NCBI GenBank assembly: GCA_028873525.1
Contig: JAGWIM010000001.1
Span: forward strand, 2,068-66,067
Length of the DNA: 64,000 nt
Direction of reading: 5' to 3'
Source: Pseudomonadota bacterium
GTDB lineage: Bacteria > Pseudomonadota > Alphaproteobacteria > Rickettsiales > SXRF01
The position numbers were made by a program, and so were the translations under genes. Of this stretch, positions 22,768-31,598 are shown one piece after another. The notes beneath the pieces are model-generated. The model made no database searches. It was given only the letters and a program-made list of their open reading frames with translations, and was not told the origin of the DNA. The first letter of the stretch is position 1; each line of letters begins with the position of its first letter.

Positions 22768-24252
22768 ATGTTGAGGTCCGTCCGCAACAGCTTCCGCCTC
22801 ATTTCCATCGCGCTGATACTGGCGTCGGAGTTCGCCGTGCCGTCACGCCGCCGCAAGGGCGAGCGGCTGGCGCGCGCGCTGGAGCGGCTCGGCCCGGCGT
22901 TCATCAAACTCGGGCAGGCGCTCTCCACCCGCTCCGACCTCGTCGGCGAGCAGATGGCGGAAGACCTGGGCGGCCTGCGCGACCGGCTGCCCCCCTTCCC
23001 CGCTGCCGTCGCCGTCGCCACCGTCGAGGGCGATCTGAAAGCGCCGATTGATTCCCTGTACAGGCGCTTCGACGCCGTGCCGGTCGCCGCCGCCTCCATC
23101 GCGCAGGTGCACCGCGCCGTCACCGCAGACGGCCGCGATGTCGCCGTGAAAATTCTGCGCCCGCGCATCGAAGCGGCCTTCGCGCGCGACATGGACGTAT
23201 TTTTCTGGCTGGCGGAAATGATGAACCATCGTCCGCGCTGGCGCCGCCTCAAGCCGCTGGAGGTCGTGCGCACATTGCGGGAATCCGTGTTCTTCGAGCT
23301 TGATCTGCGGTTCGAGGCGGCCGCCGCTTCGGAGCTTGCCGACAACATCAAACATCACGAGCCGGGATTGCGCGTGCCCGCCGTAGACTGGAACCGCACC
23401 TCGCGGCGCGTGCTGACGATTGAATGGATTGACGGCATCCCGCTGGGCGATGTCGAAGCCATCCGGCGCAGCGGCTTCGACACGGACGCGGTGCTGGCCA
23501 AGGCGGCGCGCAGCCTGTTTTCGCAGGTATTCATCGACGGGTTTTTTCACGCCGATCTGCATCCGGGCAATCTGTTCGTCGATAAAAACGGCGACGTGGC
23601 GGCGGTGGATTTCGGCATCATGGGGCGGCTCGACCGCAACTCGCGCATGTACATGGCGGGCATCCTGCGCGGCTTCCTCACCGGCGATTACCGCCAGGTC
23701 GCCGAGATGCATTTCGCCGCCGGCTATGTGCCGCCGAATAAATCCGTCGAGGCCTTCGCGCAGGCCTGCATGGCGGTCGCGCGCCCGATCACCGGCAAGC
23801 CGCAGAACGAGATTTCGGTGGCGCGGCTGCTTGGCCAGATGTTTGCCATCGCCGCCGAATTTGAAATGGAAACGCAGCCGCAACTATTGCTCCTGCAGAA
23901 AACCATGATGGTCACCGAAGGCGTCGGGCGAATGCTGAATCCAACGCTTAACATCTGGGAGCTGGCGCGGCCATTGATTGAAGAATGGGCGGCAGAACAT
24001 TTCGGCCCGGCCGGAAAAATGAAAGATGCGGCGCGGCAGGGCTACGACACCGCCAGAAAATTCCCCGCCATGCTGCATTACATGGAAAACACCTTGAAAA
24101 ATTTTGGCGACGCGCAGGGCATCCGCCTGCATCCACTGTCCATCGCCGCGCTCGATGCCCACCGCCGCACCGCGCAGACAAGCTGGCTCATCCTCGGCTG
24201 GGCGGCGCTCATCGCCGCGGCGGTGTTAGGAGCGATGTGGGTGATGAAATGA
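22768..24252 (+). CDS. ubiB: ubiquinone biosynthesis regulatory protein kinase UbiB (ABC1 family)
   Basis: 494-aa ORF with FIKLGQALSTR, AAASIAQVH, HADLHPGN and a C-terminal TM helix. Confidence 0.85.
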   Translation: MLRSVRNSFRLISIALILASEFAVPSRRRKGERLARALERLGPAFIKLGQALSTRSDLVGEQMAEDLGGLRDRLPPFPAAVAVATVEGDLKAPIDSLYRRFDAVPVAAASIAQVHRAVTADGRDVAVKILRPRIEAAFARDMDVFFWLAEMMNHRPRWRRLKPLEVVRTLRESVFFELDLRFEAAAASELADNIKHHEPGLRVPAVDWNRTSRRVLTIEWIDGIPLGDVEAIRRSGFDTDAVLAKAARSLFSQVFIDGFFHADLHPGNLFVDKNGDVAAVDFGIMGRLDRNSRMYMAGILRGFLTGDYRQVAEMHFAAGYVPPNKSVEAFAQACMAVARPITGKPQNEISVARLLGQMFAIAAEFEMETQPQLLLLQKTMMVTEGVGRMLNPTLNIWELARPLIEEWAAEHFGPAGKMKDAARQGYDTARKFPAMLHYMENTLKNFGDAQGIRLHPLSIAALDAHRRTAQTSWLILGWAALIAAAVLGAMWVMK

Positions 24253-24452
24253 AAACCTTTGCCAGGAACGACAAATGGCCCATGATCCTTCTCAAAAAGA
24301 ATATTTTGCTATTCGTCTAGGCGTAATAAAATTTTGGAATACAGGTAGCTTTAGTCACCGTACCCGGCTATGACCCGGCCCCTGAATTATTAGCACATAG
24401 CGATTTTCGTTATCCTATTAGCTGGCCTACGCCATAATCAGCCGAGACTACG

Positions 24453-25472
24453 CTATTTCTTAAGAGCTATAAGCACCCCACCCCATTTCCTCGCTGTCGC
24501 CGCGAAGTCGTAGCGCTGCACGGTCTGCCAGCCGTTTTCGGCGAGTTGAGCCGCCAGCGCCGGTTGCGTCACCAGTGTTGCTAATGCTTCCGCCAGTGCA
24601 GGCGCATCATCACGCGGCACGATGATTCCGTCCACGCCATGCGTGAGCATCGCCGCCGGGCCGGGCGCGTTGGTAGCAACAATCGGCACGCCGTGCGCCA
24701 GCGCCTCCAGCACCACCATCGGGAAACTATCCTGCCGCGACGGGATGCACAGAATATCGATCCGGTTATAAAACCTGGTCTTGTCTTCAATCCATCCCGG
24801 CCACTCAACGTTCGCACCAATCCCAAGTTCCCCGGCCAGCGATTTCAGTTTTGCCGATTCTTCTCCGTCACCGGCGGCAACCGCCTTGAAGGCAATGCCG
24901 CGCTGCCGAATCTCGCCAAGCGCCTTGAGCAATACATCGAAGCCTTTTTCCGGCGACAGGCGGCCAATCGCGCCGATGACCGGCGGCCTCCGCCGTGGCC
25001 GCGCAACCGGTTTCTGCGGCAGGCGGATGAGGTTCGGAATCACTTCGATGCGCCCTTTGTAACCGGCAGCCAGAAAATGTTTTTTCATATGTTCCGAAAG
25101 TACAACCAGCACATCGGCGCGCATCGCACGCGCCGTTTTGTAGCTATGGCTGACGCCGACAACCGGAACGCCAAGTCCCTGCGCCGCAAAGGAAAGCAGC
25201 GTGATGGCGCGGGCATTATGCGCGACGATGATGTCCGGCTTGATCTGTTTCAGCAGCCGCCGCACGCGGAAAGCGGCGAAGACATCGTAAAATCCGAGCG
25301 GCGTCAGCGGCAGCGCGCGCGCGTGTTTCGCGGCGGCGGCGCGGTAGGGCGCATCGGCGCGCAGCAACTGCGTCACCTTATGCCCTTCCGAGACCAGCGC
25401 CTCCGTGGTATTGATGTAAGACTGCTCGAGGCCACCTAAGACAGGGGTAAACAGGGCGTGGAGGATGTGCAT
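24453..25472 (-). CDS. glycosyltransferase family 4 (GT-B, RfaG-like)
   Basis: 339-aa ORF with GRLSPEKG and the E-x7-E region (PSRQDSFPMVVLEALAHGVPIV). Confidence 0.75.
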   Translation of the reverse strand: MHILHALFTPVLGGLEQSYINTTEALVSEGHKVTQLLRADAPYRAAAAKHARALPLTPLGFYDVFAAFRVRRLLKQIKPDIIVAHNARAITLLSFAAQGLGVPVVGVSHSYKTARAMRADVLVVLSEHMKKHFLAAGYKGRIEVIPNLIRLPQKPVARPRRRPPVIGAIGRLSPEKGFDVLLKALGEIRQRGIAFKAVAAGDGEESAKLKSLAGELGIGANVEWPGWIEDKTRFYNRIDILCIPSRQDSFPMVVLEALAHGVPIVATNAPGPAAMLTHGVDGIIVPRDDAPALAEALATLVTQPALAAQLAENGWQTVQRYDFAATARKWGGVLIALKK

Positions 25473-25710
25473 CTGGCGACCGTGGATGGGGTTAAATCAG
25501 CCCGGAAAAATAGCAAATAAATGGGAAATAAACAGGGGGAAAATCAAAAATAATAGGAAAATAATGCAAAACAAATAGAAAAAAATGCCTTTTCATTCCT
25601 TGAATTTCCGCTGACCGAAAATGGCCGGCCATGCCCGTCGCAGGAGCGTGTAAAGCCTCCCCAAAAAAACTCCCTTAAAAAAAATCCTTCCTGAAATCTT
25701 AGAAATACCC

Positions 25711-25740
25711 CTTGAAACCGCGCCGCTTCGTCGCTATATC
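25711..25740 (+). promoter_or_regulatory. putative RpoH (sigma32)-type heat-shock promoter of groESL
   Basis: CTTGAAA (25711-25717), 16-nt spacer, CTATATC (25734-25740). This matches the alphaproteobacterial sigma32 consensus CTTG-N17-CYTATNT. It lies 91 nt upstream of the groES ATG. Confidence 0.45.
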
Positions 25741-25830
25741 AGCGTGCACTGCGGAGTCGGTGGGATTGCAAGCGCACCCCCGCCGTCGCCCGCAAAAATT
25801 TTAGCAAGCAACCCTGTAGGAGAATAAACT

Positions 25831-26145
25831 ATGAAAATCAGACCGTTAGGTGATCGCCTCGTCGTCGAGCGCATTGAACAGGATACCAAAACCGCCGGCG
25901 GCATCATCATCCCCGATACCGCCAAGGAAAAGCCCAAGTAGGGCAAGGTCATCGCTGTCGGATCAGGCAAAAAAGATAAGGACGGCAAGCGCTTACCGAT
26001 TGACGTCGAAGTCGGCGACATCGTGCTGTTCACGCAATGGGCCGGCAACGAAGTCAAGATTGAGGGCACGGAATACCTGATTTTACAGGAAGAAAACGTG
26101 CTCGGCATTGTCGAGAGCGGCCATTCCAAGAGGAAAGCTGCCTGA
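25831..26145 (+). pseudogene. groES: co-chaperonin GroES with an in-frame TAG at codon 37 (25939-25941)
   Basis: RBS TAGGAG, then [94 protein letters not shown]. GroES-like on both sides of the stop, all in one frame. Confidence 0.85.
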
Positions 26146-26260
26146 ATATCGATCCTGTGAGCCGCGCAGGCGGTTGCACAGTATCTGAAAATATATTTAT
26201 TAACCAAGACCCTGCGTAACCGCTACCGCGGTTCGCAGGATTAAAAAAGGAGTAAAAACC

Positions 26261-27922
26261 ATGTCAGCCAAAGAATTACGCTACGGTTCGGACGCGCGCG
26301 AGCAGATCATCATCGGCGCGGAAAAACTTGCCCGCGCCGTGAAAGCAACGCTGGGGCCGCGCGGCCGCAACGTCGTCATCGAGAAATCTTTCGGCGCGCC
26401 GCGCATAACCAAGGACGGTGTCTCGGTCGCCAAGGAAATCACGCTGGCCAACAAGTTCCAGAACATGGGCGCGCAGATGCTGCGCGAGGTCGCCAGTAAG
26501 TCGTCTGACTTAGCGGGTGACGGCACGACCACGGCCACGGTGCTGGCGCAAGCCATCTTCACCGAAGGCAGCAAGGCGGTAGCCGCCGGACTCAACCCGA
26601 TGGACCTGAAGCGCGGCATTGAAAAAGCCGTCGAAGCCGTCGTCGAGGAAATCAGGAAGAAAAGCAAGACTGTAAGCTCGAAGGCCGAATGGGCGCAGGT
26701 GGCGACCATTTCCGCCAACGGCGACAAGGAAGTCGGCCAGAAAATCGCCGAGGCGATGGAAAAAGTCGGCAAGGAAGGCGTCATCACGGTGGAAGAGGCC
26801 AAAGGCCTTGAGTTCGAGCTGGATACCGTCGAAGGAATGCAGTTCGATCGCGGTTATCTTTCCCCCTATTTCGTCACCAACGCCGAAAAAATGGTGGTCG
26901 AGCTGGAGAATCCCTATATCCTGATTTTTGAGAAGAAATTGTCGGGATTACAGCCGATGCTGCCGCTGCTTGAAGCGGTGGTGCAGCAACAGCGCCCGCT
27001 GCTCATCATCGCGGAGGACGTTGAAGGCGAAGCGCTGGCCACTCTCGTCGTCAACAAGCTGCGCGGCGGGCTGAAAGTGGCCGCCGTGAAAGCGCCGGGC
27101 TTCGGCGACCGCCGCAAGGCCATGCTCGATGACATCGCCATCTTAACCGCCGGCGAAGTCATCAGCGAAGACCTCGGCATCAAGCTGGAAAGCGTCACGG
27201 TCAAGAGCCTTGGCCGCGCCAAGAAGATCGTCATCGACAAGGACAACACCACCATCGTTGACGGCGCCGGAAAGAAAGACGACATCGGCGCGCGCTGCAA
27301 GCAGCTTCGCGCGCAGATTGAGGAAACCACCTCGGACTATGACCGTGAGAAGCTGCAGGAACGCCTGGCCAAGCTGGCCGGCGGCGTTGCCGTGCTGAAG
27401 GTCGGCGGATCGTCGGAAATCGAGGTGAAGGAGCGCAAGGATCGTGTTGACGACGCCCTGCATGCCACCCGCGCTGCGGTTGAAGAAGGCATCGTGCCGG
27501 GCGGCGGCTCTACGCTGCTTTACTGCTCGCGCCTTCTCGAGAAAATCCGCTGTGAGAACGACGACCAGAAAGCCGGCGTCGCCATTGTCAAGCGCGCGCT
27601 GCAGGCGCCGCTGCGGCAGATTGTCGAGAATGCGGGCTTAGACGGCGCGGTGGTCGCCGGCAAGCTGCTGGAATCCGCCGATACCAGCTTCGGTTTCGAC
27701 GCGCAGAAACTCGAATACTGCGACCTGATCAAGGCCGGCATCATCGACCCGACAAAGGTTGTGCGCACGGCGTTGCAGGGCGCGGCTTCGGTCGCCTCTC
27801 TCCTCATCACCACGGAAGCCATCATCGCCGATGTTCCGGACGATAAAAAGTCCGGCGGCGGCAGCGGCGGCGGCATGGGTGGAATGGGCGGCATGGGCGG
27901 CATGGGGGACATGGATTTCTAG
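26261..27922 (+). CDS. groEL: chaperonin GroEL
   Basis: 553-aa ORF with [12 protein letters not shown] and a C-terminal [14 protein letters not shown] tail. Ends in TAG. Confidence 0.97.
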   Translation: MSAKELRYGSDAREQIIIGAEKLARAVKATLGPRGRNVVIEKSFGAPRITKDGVSVAKEITLANKFQNMGAQMLREVASKSSDLAGDGTTTATVLAQAIFTEGSKAVAAGLNPMDLKRGIEKAVEAVVEEIRKKSKTVSSKAEWAQVATISANGDKEVGQKIAEAMEKVGKEGVITVEEAKGLEFELDTVEGMQFDRGYLSPYFVTNAEKMVVELENPYILIFEKKLSGLQPMLPLLEAVVQQQRPLLIIAEDVEGEALATLVVNKLRGGLKVAAVKAPGFGDRRKAMLDDIAILTAGEVISEDLGIKLESVTVKSLGRAKKIVIDKDNTTIVDGAGKKDDIGARCKQLRAQIEETTSDYDREKLQERLAKLAGGVAVLKVGGSSEIEVKERKDRVDDALHATRAAVEEGIVPGGGSTLLYCSRLLEKIRCENDDQKAGVAIVKRALQAPLRQIVENAGLDGAVVAGKLLESADTSFGFDAQKLEYCDLIKAGIIDPTKVVRTALQGAASVASLLITTEAIIADVPDDKKSGGGSGGGMGGMGGMGGMGDMDF

Positions 27923-27982
27923 CCTGATCCCGCGCAGGCCGGCGCAAGCCGGCACGTTGCGGGATTCTGTTAACCTTCTAAA

Positions 27983-28012
27983 GAGGCAGGAGAAATCCTG
28001 CCTCTTTTTTTT
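27983..28012 (+). terminator. rho-independent terminator of groESL
   Basis: GAGGCAGG-AGAAAT-CCTGCCTC followed by eight T residues. Confidence 0.75.
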
Positions 28013-28147
28013 GTTATTCAGCATACGGCCACCGCAGCGGGTGCCGGGCTATTTCTTCACGGAAACTTCACAATCCGCGCATTAAAAATATGGTAAAGTA
28101 AAGACAATCGGAAGGTGTGTCTTCACCCGTGCCTGTTCGCTGCGGCC

Positions 28148-28169
28148 TGAATTCCATATGAATTCCAAG
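28148..28169 (+). promoter_or_regulatory. 11-bp-phased direct repeat TGAATTCCATA / TGAATTCCAAG
   Basis: Two tandem 11-nt units about 100 nt upstream of the 28265 ORF. Related to TGACAATTCCA/TGACAATTCCG at 60961-60982. Confidence 0.3.
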
Positions 28170-28264
28170 GTCATCCGGGAGAACGCAAGGCTCGGTCGCT
28201 CCAGGATTTTCTGCGAAAATCCGGGTGATGACGACATCTTCAATCTTGATGGCAGACGTGGTTT

Positions 28265-29254
28265 ATGAGAGATTTAGATACTGAAAAACAAAAAGAACTA
28301 CAAAAACAACCGGCGCCGGGCGCTTCGGATGCGCCTGAAAAGCCGTTTATTTCCGCCGGGTGGCGTGTGCATAATGAACTCACCTACCGTGTCGTGGACT
28401 GGCTTGCCAATTCGGCCATCGGCGTCAGCTTCGCCTACTGGTCGGCGCGCACGAAAAGCGGCGCGACATATTTCGGCAAACCGGTCGGCAATTTTTTTCA
28501 GCGCATTCTCAGACCTCTGCTCAAAAACGAAAAGGCAGTCGAGGAAGGCGCGAAATGGGGCAGCATGTTCGCCAGCATCATGGCAGGCGGCACGGCCATC
28601 ATCCCGCCGCTGATGGCGCTGGAAAACAAGAAGGTCAAAAAATCCGTCATCCGCCGTCTCGATGAAAAAATCTACGGCAAGGAGACGGTGGAGAATGACC
28701 CGAAATTCGAGGAATCCTATTGCCGCATCGACGAGGAGCCGAAAAAAGGCTTCGTCACCGGCATGGCGGCGCGCATGATCGCCATTGCGCCGCTGATTAC
28801 CGTGGCCTCCCTGCCGGCGACCAACAAGCCGCTGATCAAATACATGTACGATCCGATCGGCAGGGGCAGTAAATGGCTGGTGGGCAAGATCGGCATCAAG
28901 CCGGGCAAAATGCTGGCCGAAGGAGCCATGGAGCGCATCGAGGGCGACCCCGGCATCCCTAAAAAATTTCAATCCAACTGGGACTTTTTACACCGCACTA
29001 TCGGGTTTGATTTCGGCCTGACGATTTTCTACTCCATCTTCCATGAAATCGCTTACAAAGCGCTGGCGGCGCTGGGAGTGGAGAAGGAAGAATTGCACAT
29101 CGAATCGGCCATCGCCGGGCCAAGCGCGCCTGCGCCGCCCTGCCCGCCGCCGTTTGCGCCGCACCAGAAACTTGCGCCGCCGCCCGCCTCCTATACCGAA
29201 AAACTCGCTGCCGAGGAGCGCGGCGCGCCAATACAGCCGGGAGTGTCCGCATGA
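28265..29254 (+). CDS. hypothetical polytopic membrane protein, paralogue 1 of 3
   Basis: 329 aa. Shares collinear blocks with the next two ORFs, for example MAGGTAIIPPLMALENKKVKKSVIRRLDEKIYG. Pro/Ala-rich C-terminal tail. Confidence 0.55.
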   Translation: MRDLDTEKQKELQKQPAPGASDAPEKPFISAGWRVHNELTYRVVDWLANSAIGVSFAYWSARTKSGATYFGKPVGNFFQRILRPLLKNEKAVEEGAKWGSMFASIMAGGTAIIPPLMALENKKVKKSVIRRLDEKIYGKETVENDPKFEESYCRIDEEPKKGFVTGMAARMIAIAPLITVASLPATNKPLIKYMYDPIGRGSKWLVGKIGIKPGKMLAEGAMERIEGDPGIPKKFQSNWDFLHRTIGFDFGLTIFYSIFHEIAYKALAALGVEKEELHIESAIAGPSAPAPPCPPPFAPHQKLAPPPASYTEKLAAEERGAPIQPGVSA

Positions 29255-29511
29255 CCGCCGTTTCCGGCATACCTCTGAAATAAAGCCGGCGGCGGGCTGC
29301 CGCACGTCGCAGCGTGAAAAAATAAGGACGGACAGGATGTTCGTTGGCAGGGAGGTGGGCGTGGCAAGGTAATGGCGTTCTTATTTTCTCATTGTACATC
29401 AAAGTATTGTTATTTCGTCATCAAACTTTCACACTACTGTTCCCTTTTTCATGCTAGAAATAAGGATGGGATACCGGGTTTTGCAGCCATCACCGGGATA
29501 TGAGATATTAA

Positions 29512-30546
29512 ATGATTGATATAAAAGAACAAAATGATGAAATACCCCCGGCACAGGCGGCTGCGGGGATGCCGGTCGCCGTGGATTGCGATGATCCCAA
29601 CCGGCCCAAGCCACAGATGAGCCTGGGCGAAAAACGCTACAACAACTTAGTGTACCGGGGGATGAACTACTGGTTAAATCTCGGTATTTCGCTGGCCGTT
29701 ACCGATTTCTTCGTGCACGGGCGCGGGAAAGGGTTCTTCGATAGCAACGTTAAACGCATCAGCAAGGGCTTGACCGCAACCGGGCTGAGAGCACGGGTAG
29801 CCAAACGCACTGCCGAAATCATGCTGGGAACCTTTACGCTCAACAGCGGCGGGAACATCCTTCTTATCCCGACGAAATTGCTTGAAGACCGCAAGCGCCC
29901 GTTTGTGCATTGGCTCAATAAAAAAATGGGCGTCAGCCAGATCGCGCCTGACGGTCACGAGGAAACGTCCGATGAAATCTACATCGAACAGGAGCAACCC
30001 CGGCAAAGCTGGGGGCGCATGGTGTGGCGGCGCACATTGGGGTGGGCGGCGACGACTATCGCCGGGCTTGGCATCGACACTGCGCTGGCGCAGAAATTGC
30101 CGGTGCCGCAGGGGATAAACGGCGACACGATTACTCACGTAAACGGACAGAAAATCTTCACTGACGCCATGGTCAAGGGCGGCAGCGCCGTGCTTAATTC
30201 CGGGTTCATTCCGGGCGGAAAAGCCGTCGCCGCCAGCCCGGCCGCGCAACGCTACATGGGCTATGCCGCGCTGGACTGGATATATACCATCATCACCTCG
30301 AAAATCCTGCATATGACCAACGGCGCGCACAAGGAAAGAGAACCCGGGGAAATCAACGATGAATGCTCGCCGCCCGCACCTGTGGACAAGCAGCCGCCGG
30401 CCTACGATCTGCAACCCCAGGCGGCGCCGGAGAGCGGGCCGGCGCAACCCGCCGGGTTCCAGAATCGCCTGGGAGCAAAGCCGCGGAAAAGCCATGCGGC
30501 GCAGGTGGCCGCGCCGCCGGAGGATGGCGTGACGCTGGGGGCTTAA
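29512..30546 (+). CDS. hypothetical polytopic membrane protein, paralogue 2 of 3
   Basis: 344 aa. LNSGGNILLIPTKLLEDRKRPFVHWLNKKMG and EQPRQSWGRMVWRRTLGWA blocks. Pro/Gln/Ala-rich tail. Confidence 0.55.
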   Translation: MIDIKEQNDEIPPAQAAAGMPVAVDCDDPNRPKPQMSLGEKRYNNLVYRGMNYWLNLGISLAVTDFFVHGRGKGFFDSNVKRISKGLTATGLRARVAKRTAEIMLGTFTLNSGGNILLIPTKLLEDRKRPFVHWLNKKMGVSQIAPDGHEETSDEIYIEQEQPRQSWGRMVWRRTLGWAATTIAGLGIDTALAQKLPVPQGINGDTITHVNGQKIFTDAMVKGGSAVLNSGFIPGGKAVAASPAAQRYMGYAALDWIYTIITSKILHMTNGAHKEREPGEINDECSPPAPVDKQPPAYDLQPQAAPESGPAQPAGFQNRLGAKPRKSHAAQVAAPPEDGVTLGA

Positions 30547-31520
30547 TGAGCAACACACCGATAATCGCCGCATTGCCGAAAGAACCGCCTCCCACGGAAA
30601 CTTCCGGCGTCGCTGATTTACCCAAAACCACCGGAGAAAAATTTTACGATGGCCTGCAGTTCACCGTAGGCAAGGCCATGATCGTGGTGATCACGGCGGC
30701 GCTGGCCAATGTCGCAAAATATGGCAGGGATAGTTATGGCCCCGTGCCGAATTACCTGAAAAAATTCCAGGGATGGTTTCACCGCACATTGCTCACCAAC
30801 TCCACCCTGCCTTTGGGCGGCAAGGGAGAATTCGCCGAACGCGCCGCCAACGCCGCCACCAATACCATGGTCGTGTGCCATGGCGGCAATGCCTTCGCGC
30901 CGGTTATGAAATGGATGGAAAACAACCGTGAGGACATCGCCAATTTTATCAACCGGCGCTGGGGCAAGCCGGGCGAAACGGAGATTGCCCACGAACGGTT
31001 GAAGAACAATCCGCACCAGACCTGGGGAGATATTTTCAAGGGACGCATGGCCGCGTGGGGACTTGTTTTTGGCGGTTTCATGAGCATAGACGCGATCATC
31101 GGCAAGGATAAAAAAACCGGGCTGTATCATTTCGATAAATACGAAGAATGGTTCGGACGAAAGCTGGCCGGTTTCAGCAAGACCGGCAAGGACATCGCTC
31201 AAATTTCCGTCGGCACGGCGCTAAGCCGGGCGCAGGAAGCGAACAAGTTCTACCGCTTTGGCAAGGTGACGGCGCTGGATCTCTATGCCACGAGCGCCGC
31301 CATCGTCATCTGGAATTTCGTCAGCCGCCTTTCCGCAAAAAAACGCCATGAACAAAACAGGCGCATATCGGCGGAGGGCGCGCCGGCGGAAAAAGACGAC
31401 GCCGGAACCATGCCCGCATCCGCCGACGCCAGGCGTTTCAGCGATTTCCCGTCCCGCGCCGGCAGTTTTTCCAACGCCGTCCGCAGTGACCAGCCCGCCG
31501 CGCTATCGCCTTCCCTTTAA
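30546..31520 (+). CDS. hypothetical polytopic membrane protein, paralogue 3 of 3
   Basis: 324 aa from the ATG at 30546, which overlaps the stop of paralogue 2 (TAATG). VCHGGNAFAPVMKWMENNREDIANFINRRWG and NNPHQTWGDIFKGRMAAWG blocks. The tracked ORF start at 30363 lies inside paralogue 2. Confidence 0.55.
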   Translation: MSNTPIIAALPKEPPPTETSGVADLPKTTGEKFYDGLQFTVGKAMIVVITAALANVAKYGRDSYGPVPNYLKKFQGWFHRTLLTNSTLPLGGKGEFAERAANAATNTMVVCHGGNAFAPVMKWMENNREDIANFINRRWGKPGETEIAHERLKNNPHQTWGDIFKGRMAAWGLVFGGFMSIDAIIGKDKKTGLYHFDKYEEWFGRKLAGFSKTGKDIAQISVGTALSRAQEANKFYRFGKVTALDLYATSAAIVIWNFVSRLSAKKRHEQNRRISAEGAPAEKDDAGTMPASADARRFSDFPSRAGSFSNAVRSDQPAALSPSL

Positions 31521-31598
31521 TAAAAACACTGGCTATAATGGCACATTGCAATTAATGGGTAGTTTGAAATAGCCGATTAACCAGCAACTACCGGCCGC

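Noticed and set aside
25741-25830. CIRCE (HrcA) operator upstream of groES.
   Set aside because: Only the fragment TTAGCA (25801-25806) is present. The TTAGCACTC-N9-GAGTGCTAA inverted repeat is absent. A sigma32-type promoter fits better.
25939-25941. TAG in groES as evidence for genome-wide stop-codon reassignment.
   Set aside because: TAG terminates rpsA (7712-7714), groEL (27920-27922) and xth (57553-57555) at canonical protein lengths, so standard code 11 fits.
25734-26207. 157-aa minus-strand ORF covering groES.
   Set aside because: It is antisense to a frame that is unmistakably GroES-like. It appears in the track only because groES itself is split by the TAG into pieces below the length cut-off.
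30363-30545. Long N-terminal extension of paralogue 3 (tracked ORF start at 30363).
   Set aside because: The extension lies in an alternative frame of the Pro/Ala-rich tail of paralogue 2. The ATG at 30546 forms a TAATG junction and begins the region that is similar to the other paralogues.
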